DNA of 63,819 bases, the filler included, from an uncultured Methanoregulaceae archaeon (lineage in GTDB: Archaea > Halobacteriota > Methanomicrobia > Methanomicrobiales > Methanospirillaceae): NCBI GenBank assembly GCA_964530035.1. It is 3 parts of 3 records of this genome, joined end to end, with 100 filler letters (N's around TTAATTAATTAA, not from the genome) between each part and the next. Parts side by side here need not be neighbours in the genome. Positions count along the whole stretch, not along the records: positions 23,414 to 46,574 come from CAZGXZ010000017.1; 2 more parts are not named here. One strand, 5' to 3'. The notes below the pieces were generated by a model. That model was not told where the DNA came from. It did no database searches and worked only from the letters and a program-made list of their open reading frames with translations. Position numbers and translations under genes: made by a program. Shown in pieces: positions 29,311 through 38,059 of the stretch (position 1 is the stretch's first letter; each line of letters starts with the position of its first letter).

Positions 29311-30520
29311 GGTCCGCCTGGTGGGGACGGCGCACGTCTCCCAGAAGAGTATCGACGAGGTGAACCAGGCGATAGAAGAGTTCAAACCTGACATCATTGC
29401 GGTGGAACTCGATCCCGGGCGGTATAACGCCCTGAAAAAACAGCAGCAGGAACCCGCATCGGTTGACCAGGTTATTGAGTCCGGCAACTTCACCCAGATG
29501 CTGATCCAGTGGATCCTCGCGTACCTCCAGAGAAAAATCGGGATGGACGTCGGGGTCGAACCAGGGGCGGAGATGAAGGCCGCCGTGGCGATCGCAGAGG
29601 AGCGGCAGGTACCGCTCGCCCTGATTGACCGGGACATCAGGATCACCCTCCAGCGGTTCTGGCGTTCCATGTCGGTCATCGAGAAGCTCAAAATGATCTA
29701 TGCCCTCGGCCGCTCGGTGATCATGCTTGATAGCGGCCAGACGATCGATATCGACACCCTCACTCAACAGGACGTCGTATCTGATGCGCTCGACGAGTTC
29801 CGGAAGTTCTCTCCCCGTGGTGCCCATGCCCTCATCGATGAACGCGACGCCTACATGGGTCACCAGCTGGTCCGGCTTTCCGGACAGTCCGGGCCTGAAG
29901 GCAGGATCCTGGCTGTTGTCGGGGCGGGCCACGTGAACGGGATAAAACGGTACCTCAGTACTCCCGCTGACCTTCCCCCAGAGGAGCCGTTGAGCGCTGT
30001 AATCAAGCCGTTCCCCTGGATGCGTTTGTTCGAGGTCGTCGTTGTCGGCTTTTTCGCGTTCATGATCATCACCATCGCGTTCTCCGGGGTCGGCCTTGAT
30101 GTCCTCCTCTGGGCGCTCCTCTACTGGGTCCTCATCCACGGGGTGTTCACCGCCGTGTTCACGCTGGCGGCCGGGGGCCACCCGCTTTCCGCCCTGACCG
30201 GGTTCGCGGTTTCCTGGTACACCGCTTTAAACCCCCTGATCGCTGCGGGGTGGTTCTCCGCCATCGTGGAGGCGAAAATCCGGAAACCTACCCCGGGTGA
30301 TTTCAGACGTATCTTTGCGGCAGAAAGCCTCTCCGAGATGTGGCATATCCCGCTGTTCAAGGTCGTCATCGTTGCAGCGCTTGCGAACGTCGGCAGCACG
30401 ATAGGGACCTTTGTGTACTTCTTTTTCATCTTCCCGATGCTCGGGGTCGACCCGGCCATCGTGATCTCCCAGGGGCTCTCAAACCTCTGGCACGCGGTAA
30501 CCTCTCTCCTGCCCCCCTGA
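29303..30520 (+). CDS. TraB/PrgY/GumN family protein
   Basis: LVGTAHVS, AVELD, PGAEM, DRDI.ITL, LIDERD, VVGAGH, followed by C-terminal TMs. Confidence 0.93.
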   Translation: MGEVRLVGTAHVSQKSIDEVNQAIEEFKPDIIAVELDPGRYNALKKQQQEPASVDQVIESGNFTQMLIQWILAYLQRKIGMDVGVEPGAEMKAAVAIAEERQVPLALIDRDIRITLQRFWRSMSVIEKLKMIYALGRSVIMLDSGQTIDIDTLTQQDVVSDALDEFRKFSPRGAHALIDERDAYMGHQLVRLSGQSGPEGRILAVVGAGHVNGIKRYLSTPADLPPEEPLSAVIKPFPWMRLFEVVVVGFFAFMIITIAFSGVGLDVLLWALLYWVLIHGVFTAVFTLAAGGHPLSALTGFAVSWYTALNPLIAAGWFSAIVEAKIRKPTPGDFRRIFAAESLSEMWHIPLFKVVIVAALANVGSTIGTFVYFFFIFPMLGVDPAIVISQGLSNLWHAVTSLLPP

Positions 30521-30558
30521 GGAAACTACTTTTCCTCCCTTGCTCCAGAACTCTCTTC

Positions 30559-31611
30559 ATGAGATCAGGACCATGGATGCTCCTTGCAGGAGTGACCGGG
30601 GTGCTCATCCTGCTTGCAGTACCGGGATACGCGGACATATGGAATGTTCCGGCCGGAGGAACGGTTTTTATCGGGGAGGAAGGGCTTGACATCACGGCGA
30701 CCGGGGTTGCCGCAGGGGACGAGATAGGCTGGTGGGGGCCGACCGGGACTCCCGGGACGACACCTGCCCAGCAGAAGATAACCGTTTCAGACCCCGAATG
30801 GTTCTATATATCACCGGCATCGTTTTCAGGGTACACCGGCCCGTGGTTCACCACTTCCGGGAAGAAACTCGTCTTTTATGTGAAGGAACCCTCAATCAGC
30901 CTGAAGATGATCGATGAGTCCCGTGACTTTGACGCGACAGGCAAGTGGGTCCCGCGGGGAGACCAGGTCTCGTTCAGGATTGAGACGAACATGGTGGAGA
31001 TGAACAAGCGTCCGGGTGTTTCCGGGACGCCGGTGACCATTTACATTCGGACACCCGATGGAGCGAGGCTGACCTCGGTCTATGTTGCCGGAGGCGGCGT
31101 TCATTCTCTCGAGGACCTGCCTGTTTCTTCCTCGCCATATGTGACCGATTTTGCCTGGGACACCGGGAACAGCGCCTACAAGGGTGGGACTTATACCATA
31201 TGGGCTGATGCCACGGCAAACAGCATCGATACCAACAATTATGCGGTCGGCAAGACCGTCACATCAAGGGAAGGCACCGGCCAGCTGGAGGTCTCGAGTG
31301 TGAACCCCTCAATCAAGGCAACCACGAGTGGTACAACGGTGACACCGACCACCGCCGTGACACGGCCCGCGGGAACGGGAACGCCTGCAGCAGCCAGGAC
31401 TCCCAATACAACCGTCCCCGCGACCTCCCTCCCGACGACTGTTCCAACGGTGCTGGAAACAACAGCCACCTCCGTACCTACGGTTGTACCAACCCCCATC
31501 CCACCCGCATCGACGGCGGTCCCGACTACAAAATCGCCGGGTTACACGTACCTGACCGCCGTAATGGCCTGTGGGTCCTTCGCGTTGCTTTATCTCCGAA
31601 AACAGGCATGA
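30559..31611 (+). CDS. DUF3821-like cell-surface protein with Thr/Pro linker and PGF-CTERM-like tail
   Basis: Signal peptide; GGTVFIGEEGLDIT motif; T/P-rich tract; KSPGY + TM + RK (archaeosortase-type signal, PGY variant). Confidence 0.82.
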   Translation: MRSGPWMLLAGVTGVLILLAVPGYADIWNVPAGGTVFIGEEGLDITATGVAAGDEIGWWGPTGTPGTTPAQQKITVSDPEWFYISPASFSGYTGPWFTTSGKKLVFYVKEPSISLKMIDESRDFDATGKWVPRGDQVSFRIETNMVEMNKRPGVSGTPVTIYIRTPDGARLTSVYVAGGGVHSLEDLPVSSSPYVTDFAWDTGNSAYKGGTYTIWADATANSIDTNNYAVGKTVTSREGTGQLEVSSVNPSIKATTSGTTVTPTTAVTRPAGTGTPAAARTPNTTVPATSLPTTVPTVLETTATSVPTVVPTPIPPASTAVPTTKSPGYTYLTAVMACGSFALLYLRKQA

Positions 31612-31716
31612 ATTTCCTTTCAAGGCCTACTTCCAGGTGCCTGGTGGTCCCTGCCGGATGCCCCGGCAGGGGACTGCCAGCATCCTGTTTTTTATTAAGG
31701 AAAATACCTGAAAACA

Positions 31717-32370
31717 GGCTTTGTTGAATTTTTCCATCTCTTCAATTGAATCCACCCGTTTTGGGAGATCTACATCAGCGGTAGATCCGATCATGGATTC
31801 AAGCGAGCCGATTTTTGGTTTTCACCTTGAACATGCAGAGGATGTGAGAGGTGAGAACAGGGGGGCTGCCGCCCCCAAACCCCCTGCATGCGATAGCCAT
31901 GGCAAGCCGTTGGCGATTCCCATATCTGGGTTGTTTGTGGTATGGCTTTTGTATTTTTTAGTCTTCAGCGGGTTTTTTTCAGTTCAAGGTCTTCATGAAG
32001 ACCGTGAGGCCGCCGCCGGGGCGCCCTTCGGGGGCGGCGGGGTCTCTTTCCAGGGGTGTGGGAGTCAGGCCCCCGCTGATGGAGTGATGCCTTTAGGATA
32101 TCTGGAATGGTGATGCTACGGGTATTCATTCGGTAAGGAGTGAAAACATACTGAAAGGACTGAAAAACAGTCTGAAAGGTCTGAAAAATTTCAGATCCCA
32201 TTTCTTCAATCATGCAGATTACCCGACGTCTATGTCTGGCAAGGAAGAACTATTCATTAAAATTAAGTTTTTTTGCTCTGTAGAGGTCTTCCCTGCCTTC
32301 AATTTGGTCCATTCTATAATGAGAGATCTCTATCGGCGACAATTTCAATCATAGGATTTCAACGAATACC
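31717..32370 (+). mobile_element. MITE-like element, locus B (most complete copy, 654 bp)
   Basis: Starts GGCTTTGTTGAAT and ends TTCAACGAATACC (imperfect inverted repeat). No transposase. Core is homologous to 13752-14116 and tail to 13540-13650 and 46466-46574. Confidence 0.75.
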
Positions 32371-32492
32371 CAGGATACTTTTTTCCATTCAGGACTTATT
32401 TTCGTCCTCCTGCCGTGAGGACGTTTAAGCTTTCAGACCATTGAAAATGGGAATGCATAAACGTTTTTTGCTGCGAGCCCAATACCCCTCTC

Positions 32493-32999
32493 ATGAACCT
32501 TGGCATCACCATTATACGCGGACGGCACAGCGTCCGTGACTTCAAGGACGAACCGGTTGACGAAAAAGTCATCCTCGATGCCCTCGAGTGTGCCCGGGCG
32601 GCCCCGACGGCCATGAACGCCCAGCCCTGGGTGTTCGTCGCCATCAGGGACAAGGCTCTCCTGAAACAGGTCGCCGACATAACCGACCACGGCAGCTTTA
32701 TTGCGAATGCAGCCGTCTGCTTTGCGGTTTTCGGAGAAAGAAGTGCGAAATACTTCCTTGAGGACTGTTCAGCCGCGACTGAGAACATTATCCTCGCCCT
32801 CCAGAGCTATGGCGTAGGTTCCTGCTGGGTGGCCGGCGACAAAAAGCCCTATGTCGACTCAATCCGGGCGCTCCTCAAGGTACCGGATAAATATACCCTG
32901 GTCTCGCTTGTCCCTGCAGGAATGCCGAAGGACATCAGGATCGCACCAAAAAAGCCTCTCTCCCAGGTCGCCTTTTTCGACACGTACGAGGATGCCTGA
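32493..32999 (+). CDS. Nitroreductase family protein
   Basis: RHSVRDF, AAPTAMNAQPW, DCSAATENIILA...GVGSCWV. Confidence 0.93.
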   Translation: MNLGITIIRGRHSVRDFKDEPVDEKVILDALECARAAPTAMNAQPWVFVAIRDKALLKQVADITDHGSFIANAAVCFAVFGERSAKYFLEDCSAATENIILALQSYGVGSCWVAGDKKPYVDSIRALLKVPDKYTLVSLVPAGMPKDIRIAPKKPLSQVAFFDTYEDA

Positions 33000-33274
33000 A
33001 ATTTCCGGGCAGGACAGAGGCCTGGTCCGTCCACCGCCCGGGTAGTATGCCAGAAACACCCTTCTTTTCCGTCCTGCGGGGTTCGCCCTGAAATCTCATT
33101 TCGATGCATGGGACCTGCACGGCCACCTGGAGTCCGGGATGAGGATGCCCTGGCGTGAATACTGGGCTTCAAAGGTCGAATACAGGGGCAGATAGTACCG
33201 GGAGCGGTACTTTGTTTCACTGAAGGGGCCTGGCAGCACTTTAAGCATCAACCGGCCAATACCTGCTATCAGGT

Positions 33275-34567
33275 ATGGAACGCACGGTTCTGCAGGTGGC
33301 GCTTGACCTCGTTGACCTCCCACGGGCGGTCCAGATCGCACGGGAGTCTGTTGACGGCGGGGCAGACTGGATCGAGGCCGGAACACCTCTTATCAAGAGC
33401 GAAGGGATGCGTGCAGTGAGCAGCCTGCGGGACGCATTCCCGGGCAGGGAGATCGTTGCTGACATGAAGATTGCCGATGCAGGGGCCGCGGAAGTGGAGA
33501 TGGCGGCCAAGTCGGGTGCCACCCTGGTAACGATCCTCGGCTCGGCCGATGATTCGGTCATTTCCGATGCCGTCCGCTCGGCACGGACGTATGGTATCCG
33601 GGTCATGGCAGACCTCCTCACCGTGGCGGACCCGGTCACACGGTCCAGGGAGCTCGAAGACCTTGGAATCGCGATTATCATCGCCCATGTCGGTATCGAC
33701 CAGCAGATGGCCGGAAAGGACCCCCTTGACCTCCTCCAGTCCATATCCGGGAGCGTGGGAGTCCCGATTGCAGCCGCCGGCGGACTCAACGAAGAGACCG
33801 CGGCGATGGCGGCGGAAGCCGGTGCATCCATCATTATTGTCGGGTCAACGATTACCAAGGCGGCGGACGTCTCCGCGGCAACCGCACGGATCAGGTCATC
33901 CCTCGGGCACAGAAAAGGAATATCCCGTACATCCCGGGCCGGAGATGCCAGCTGGCTCCGGGAGACGCTCCTGTCCCTTTCAACTCCGAACATCTCCGAT
34001 GCCATGCACCGGCAGGGAGCGATGCACGGGCTCGCCCCCCTCTGTGGAGACCTGAAAATGGCTGGCCCGGCAGTAACTGTCAGGACCATTCCCGGGGACT
34101 GGGCCAAGCCGGTTGAGGCGATCGACCGGGCTGAACCCGGCGATGTCATCGTCATAGACAACGGGGGAGCGGTTGACATCGCACCGTGGGGGGAGCTGGC
34201 GACCATGAGCTGCAGGAAACGGGGTGTGGCAGGGGTGGTCATCGATGGCGCCGTGCGGGACGTCGATGATATCCGGACGATAGGCATCCCTGTTTTTTCT
34301 AAGGGAATAGTACCGAATGCCGGCGACCCGAAAGGACTCGGGGAGATCAACGTCGAGATCCGGTGTGCGGGTCAGCCTGTCCGTCCCGGGGACTACATCG
34401 TCGGAGATGCCAGCGGAGTTGTCGTTATTCCAAAGGAGCGGGTCGGCGAGGTCACCCGCCGTGCCCTCGAGGTGAGGCGTTCAGAGGACCGTATCAGGGA
34501 GGAGATCAGCCGAGGGAGCACGCTTTCCGTCATCTCCGATCTCCTCAGGTGGGAAAAAAAACAGTGA
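33275..34567 (+). CDS. hxlA: 3-hexulose-6-phosphate synthase fused to an RraA/HMG-aldolase-like domain
   Basis: LQVALD, WIEAGTPLIKSEG, VADMKIADAG; C-terminal NISDAM, WGELA, DGAVRDVDDI, GDASGVVVIP. Confidence 0.9.
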   Translation: MERTVLQVALDLVDLPRAVQIARESVDGGADWIEAGTPLIKSEGMRAVSSLRDAFPGREIVADMKIADAGAAEVEMAAKSGATLVTILGSADDSVISDAVRSARTYGIRVMADLLTVADPVTRSRELEDLGIAIIIAHVGIDQQMAGKDPLDLLQSISGSVGVPIAAAGGLNEETAAMAAEAGASIIIVGSTITKAADVSAATARIRSSLGHRKGISRTSRAGDASWLRETLLSLSTPNISDAMHRQGAMHGLAPLCGDLKMAGPAVTVRTIPGDWAKPVEAIDRAEPGDVIVIDNGGAVDIAPWGELATMSCRKRGVAGVVIDGAVRDVDDIRTIGIPVFSKGIVPNAGDPKGLGEINVEIRCAGQPVRPGDYIVGDASGVVVIPKERVGEVTRRALEVRRSEDRIREEISRGSTLSVISDLLRWEKKQ

Positions 34568-34570
34568 TGG

Positions 34571-35002
34571 TTACTGGAACACCGATGAAGGGAGACACCT
34601 GCGGCCGCCCGCCCGGATCCGTGCGATGGCATCGGCGGGGTTGTCGACCCTCAGGATAAGGACCGCGCCCTCCTTTCCCGAATAGGCATACGCATATTCA
34701 ATATTGAGACTGGCGCCTCCGAGGAGGTCGGCTATCTCATAGAGCCCGCCCGGGCGGTCCTCCATCTGGACCGCGATGACCTCGGTGAACGCCACGTTGT
34801 ACCCGAGCCGCGTCAGCTCGCGGTAGGCGATATCCGGCTTGTTGACGATAGCCCTGACGACCCCGAAGCCGTCGGCTTCAGCGATGGAGAAGGCAAGGAT
34901 ATTTACACCTCCCTCCTGGAGTGCTTTTGCGATTGATGCGAGTTTTCCCGGTTTGTTTTCTGAAAAAACCGATATCTGGCGAATCATGCATTCCGATGGC
35001 AT
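34571..35002 (-). CDS. Tandem ACT-domain protein
   Basis: QISVFSENKPGKL...EDRPGGL...NIEYAY; typical partner of paaK-like genes. Confidence 0.92.
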   Translation of the reverse strand: MPSECMIRQISVFSENKPGKLASIAKALQEGGVNILAFSIAEADGFGVVRAIVNKPDIAYRELTRLGYNVAFTEVIAVQMEDRPGGLYEIADLLGGASLNIEYAYAYSGKEGAVLILRVDNPADAIARIRAGGRRCLPSSVFQ

Positions 35003-35005
35003 ACT

Positions 35006-36307
35006 CTACAGAACCCTCCTGTCCACAACCTTTTTAGATTTTCCCTCGAACCGGGGAAGTGACCCCGCCTCGACCAGTTCCACATCCGCTGCAACATTAA
35101 GCGCGTTCCGGAGCCTGCCCTCGACCTTTCTCCGGATGAGCATCAGGTCGGTGATCTTGTCTGAAAAAGCCTCCTTCCTGACTTCGATGCGGATCAGCAT
35201 CTCGTCGAGCGCGCCCTTCCGGTCGACCACGATCTGGAAGTGTTCCCCGACCTCGGGGATGGCCATCAGGGCATGCTCGATCTGTGAAGGGAATACGTTG
35301 ATACCCCGGATGATGAGCATGTCATCGACCCGTCCGGTTATACGCTGGAGCCGCGGATGCGTGCGCCCGCATGGGCAGGGGTCGAAATCGACCGAGGAAA
35401 GGTCGCCGACCCTGTACCGGATCATGGGCATCGCCTCCTTCTGGAGCATCGTTATGGTCAGCTCGCCGGTCTCCCCGGGAGCGACCGCCTCACCGGTTTC
35501 AGGGTCAAGTACTTCCACGAGTGCAAGGTCCCCCCAGATGTGGATGCCCTTCTGCTCCGTGCACTCGCAGAACATCGGACCCGACAGTTCGCTCGTCCCG
35601 TAGATGTTGTAGGCCTTGATGCCGAGCCAGGACTCAATCCGCTGTCGCATCTGCTCTGTCCACGGTTCGGCCCCGAGGATCCCTGCCGTGAGGTCGGTAT
35701 CATCCTTTATCGAGATGCCCATCTTCTCCGCCACTTCTCCCATGTGCAGGAGGTATGACGGCGTGCAGGCGATCGCCGTCGCCCGGAGGTCCTGCATAAG
35801 CTCGATCTGGCGTTCGGTATTACCCACGCTCGTCGGGAGGACACTTGCCCCGATGCGTTCCGCACCGTAGTGGAGTCCGAGCCCCCCGGTGAACAGGCCG
35901 TACCCATAGCTGACCTGGATCACGTCCCCCCTTCCAAGGCCGCACGATGTCAGTGCCCTGGCGAGGGAGAGTGTCCAGTTTGACAGGTCATTCCCGGTAT
36001 ACCCGACAACCGTCGGCTTCCCCGTGGTCCCCGAGGAGACATGGTACCGTGCGACGTCGTCCTGGTCCGCGATGAAGAGCTTGTCCGGGTAATTGTCCCG
36101 CAGATCGCTCTTAACCATGAACGGCAGCTTCCTGACGTCGGCAAGGGACCGGATGTCGTCGGGGTGGACTCCCCTGCCTTTCATCCTCTCGTGGTAAAAC
36201 GGCGAAAAGCTGTACAATTTATAAACGAGGGCCTTCAGGAGACGGTACTGGTGGCGCTCTATCTCTGCCCTCGGCATCTCCTCAATGCGGGGATCCCAGC
36301 ATCTCAT
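35006..36307 (-). CDS. paaK: Phenylacetate--CoA ligase family protein (PaaK/F390 synthetase-like)
   Basis: SSGTTGKPT, YGLFTGGLG, YGTSE, RYRVGD, GRVDDMLIIRGINVFPSQIE. Confidence 0.9.
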   Translation of the reverse strand: MRCWDPRIEEMPRAEIERHQYRLLKALVYKLYSFSPFYHERMKGRGVHPDDIRSLADVRKLPFMVKSDLRDNYPDKLFIADQDDVARYHVSSGTTGKPTVVGYTGNDLSNWTLSLARALTSCGLGRGDVIQVSYGYGLFTGGLGLHYGAERIGASVLPTSVGNTERQIELMQDLRATAIACTPSYLLHMGEVAEKMGISIKDDTDLTAGILGAEPWTEQMRQRIESWLGIKAYNIYGTSELSGPMFCECTEQKGIHIWGDLALVEVLDPETGEAVAPGETGELTITMLQKEAMPMIRYRVGDLSSVDFDPCPCGRTHPRLQRITGRVDDMLIIRGINVFPSQIEHALMAIPEVGEHFQIVVDRKGALDEMLIRIEVRKEAFSDKITDLMLIRRKVEGRLRNALNVAADVELVEAGSLPRFEGKSKKVVDRRVL

Positions 36308-36310
36308 GGA

Positions 36311-37600
36311 TTAGTCACCTGTCCTCCGGTCTATGACCCGTTTCGCCTTGCCTTCGAACCTGGGAAGCGAACCGGGCTCGACGAGCTTTACCGTGGTTCG
36401 CAGTTCAAGTGCGTCACGGAGCTCCTTGATTACCTTTTTCTGTATCCGTGCCAGGTCAGCGAGTTCGCCGCTGAAATGGGGCCTTGAAAGTTCGACTTCA
36501 ATGGTCATCTCGTCAAGATGGTTGACCCTGTCCACATATACCATGAACTGGTTGCCGACCTCGGGGATTCCGAGGAGGACGTGCTCTATCTGCGAGGGGA
36601 AGACGTTGATGCCACGGATGACCAGCATGTCGTCGCTCCTTCCGGTGATCCTGGCAATTTTCATGCCCCGGCCGCACGGACAGTCGTCCTCGATGAGCAT
36701 CGTGACATCGCCCGTCCTGTACCGGATCAGGGGCATCGCCTCCTTGACAAGGGGCGTTACGACGAGTTCGCCCCGCTCCCCCGGCCCAAGCTGCTCTCCT
36801 GTGACCGGGTCAATGATCTCCACGAGGTAGCAGTCATGCCATATGTGGAGTCCGTCCCTTTCCAGGCATTCGAAGGCGACTCCCGGGCCGTACAGTTCGG
36901 AAAGACCGTAACTGTCATACGCGGTCACCCCGAGTTTATCCTCGAGCTCCCTGCGGAGGCTCTCCGACCATGGCTCGGCGCCGAAAATTCCTGTCTTGAG
37001 ACTGTCCAGTTTTATACCTGCCTCTTCGGCCGATTCGGCAAGGTGCATCGCGTAGCTCGGCGTGCAGTGGATGGCGCTGACCCCGAAGTCGTGGATCATC
37101 TCGATCTGCCGCTTTGTGTTTCCCGTGGCGCTCGGAACGACCGTGAGACCGATCTTTTCGGCACCGTAATGGAAGCCGAGCCCCCCGGTGAACATCCCGT
37201 AATTGACCATGTTCTGGAAGACATCACCCTGTTTGAGCCCGACCATCGTGAGGTTGCGGGCGATGAGCGACGACCACTTCTCAAGGTCACCCCTGGTATA
37301 ACCGACGACAGTCGGTTTTCCGGTCGTTCCTGACGTGGTGTGGATCCGTACTACCGAGGAAAGAGGTACGGCAAGGAATCCGAAGGGATATCCTCCCCGC
37401 AGGTCCTGCTTCCGGGTAAAGGGCAGGCGTGTTATATCATCCAGGGTTTTAATGTCGGCAGGAGATATTCCGGCCGATTTAAAAAGGTCCCGGTAGAAGC
37501 CGGTCCCCATGGCACGGGCACAGGTCTCCTTCAACCGGTCTTCCTGAAGGCGTTTCAAATCATCCCCTTTCAGGGTCTCCATGGGCTTTTCCCAGAACAT
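36311..37600 (-). CDS. paaK: Phenylacetate--CoA ligase family protein, second paralog
   Basis: TSGTTGKPT, YGMFTGGLG, YGLSE, RYRTGD, GRSDDMLVIRG. Start at MFWEKP. Confidence 0.9.
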   Translation of the reverse strand: MFWEKPMETLKGDDLKRLQEDRLKETCARAMGTGFYRDLFKSAGISPADIKTLDDITRLPFTRKQDLRGGYPFGFLAVPLSSVVRIHTTSGTTGKPTVVGYTRGDLEKWSSLIARNLTMVGLKQGDVFQNMVNYGMFTGGLGFHYGAEKIGLTVVPSATGNTKRQIEMIHDFGVSAIHCTPSYAMHLAESAEEAGIKLDSLKTGIFGAEPWSESLRRELEDKLGVTAYDSYGLSELYGPGVAFECLERDGLHIWHDCYLVEIIDPVTGEQLGPGERGELVVTPLVKEAMPLIRYRTGDVTMLIEDDCPCGRGMKIARITGRSDDMLVIRGINVFPSQIEHVLLGIPEVGNQFMVYVDRVNHLDEMTIEVELSRPHFSGELADLARIQKKVIKELRDALELRTTVKLVEPGSLPRFEGKAKRVIDRRTGD

Positions 37601-38059
37601 CTGCCTCCCCTTCGCCACCTTGGGTAGCGCACACAGTATGGGGGAAACGGACAGAAAAGGGTTGCTCCATGTTGACACGGTGCATGCAGTGTGTTGATAA
37701 CAAGCCCACCGTTCGATCTGGCCTTTCAGGAAGGGTCACCCCCTGGGAACGCGGGGGCAGTTGTCCAACGGCGGGAACTCCTGTATTGCGGGTACTCCGG
37801 AATGGTTCTGACAGAAATGAACGAATCCTTGAAGTCATAAAAAACGAATGAAATATCGTGCCGTTCATGGTTGAGTGGGATGATCCGGTCCAGGTACATC
37901 CCTGCCTTTTTCAACGGATATCTGTAGCCGCTCAGGGAAGGAGTCCCCCCGCCCCCGGTATCCCGGGCATGGTGCCCGACCTTGCATGGCTGAAATCCGG
38001 GGAGTGCCGTGCAGGCCGGGAAGGACAATCCGGGGATGGCGTGAGGAGCTGCTGATATC

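Noticed and set aside
32141..32187. Repeated CTGAAA units as a mini-CRISPR or iterons
   Set aside because: Units are too short and irregular; treated as a local expansion within element B.
31721..32213. ORFs 31721..32113 (+) and 31965..32213 (-) as a transposase
   Set aside because: No DDE or HUH motifs; they overlie the structured repeat and are probably spurious.
34571..37600. Tandem paaK-like paralogs with an ACT protein
   Set aside because: Common arrangement in methanogens and anaerobic bacteria.
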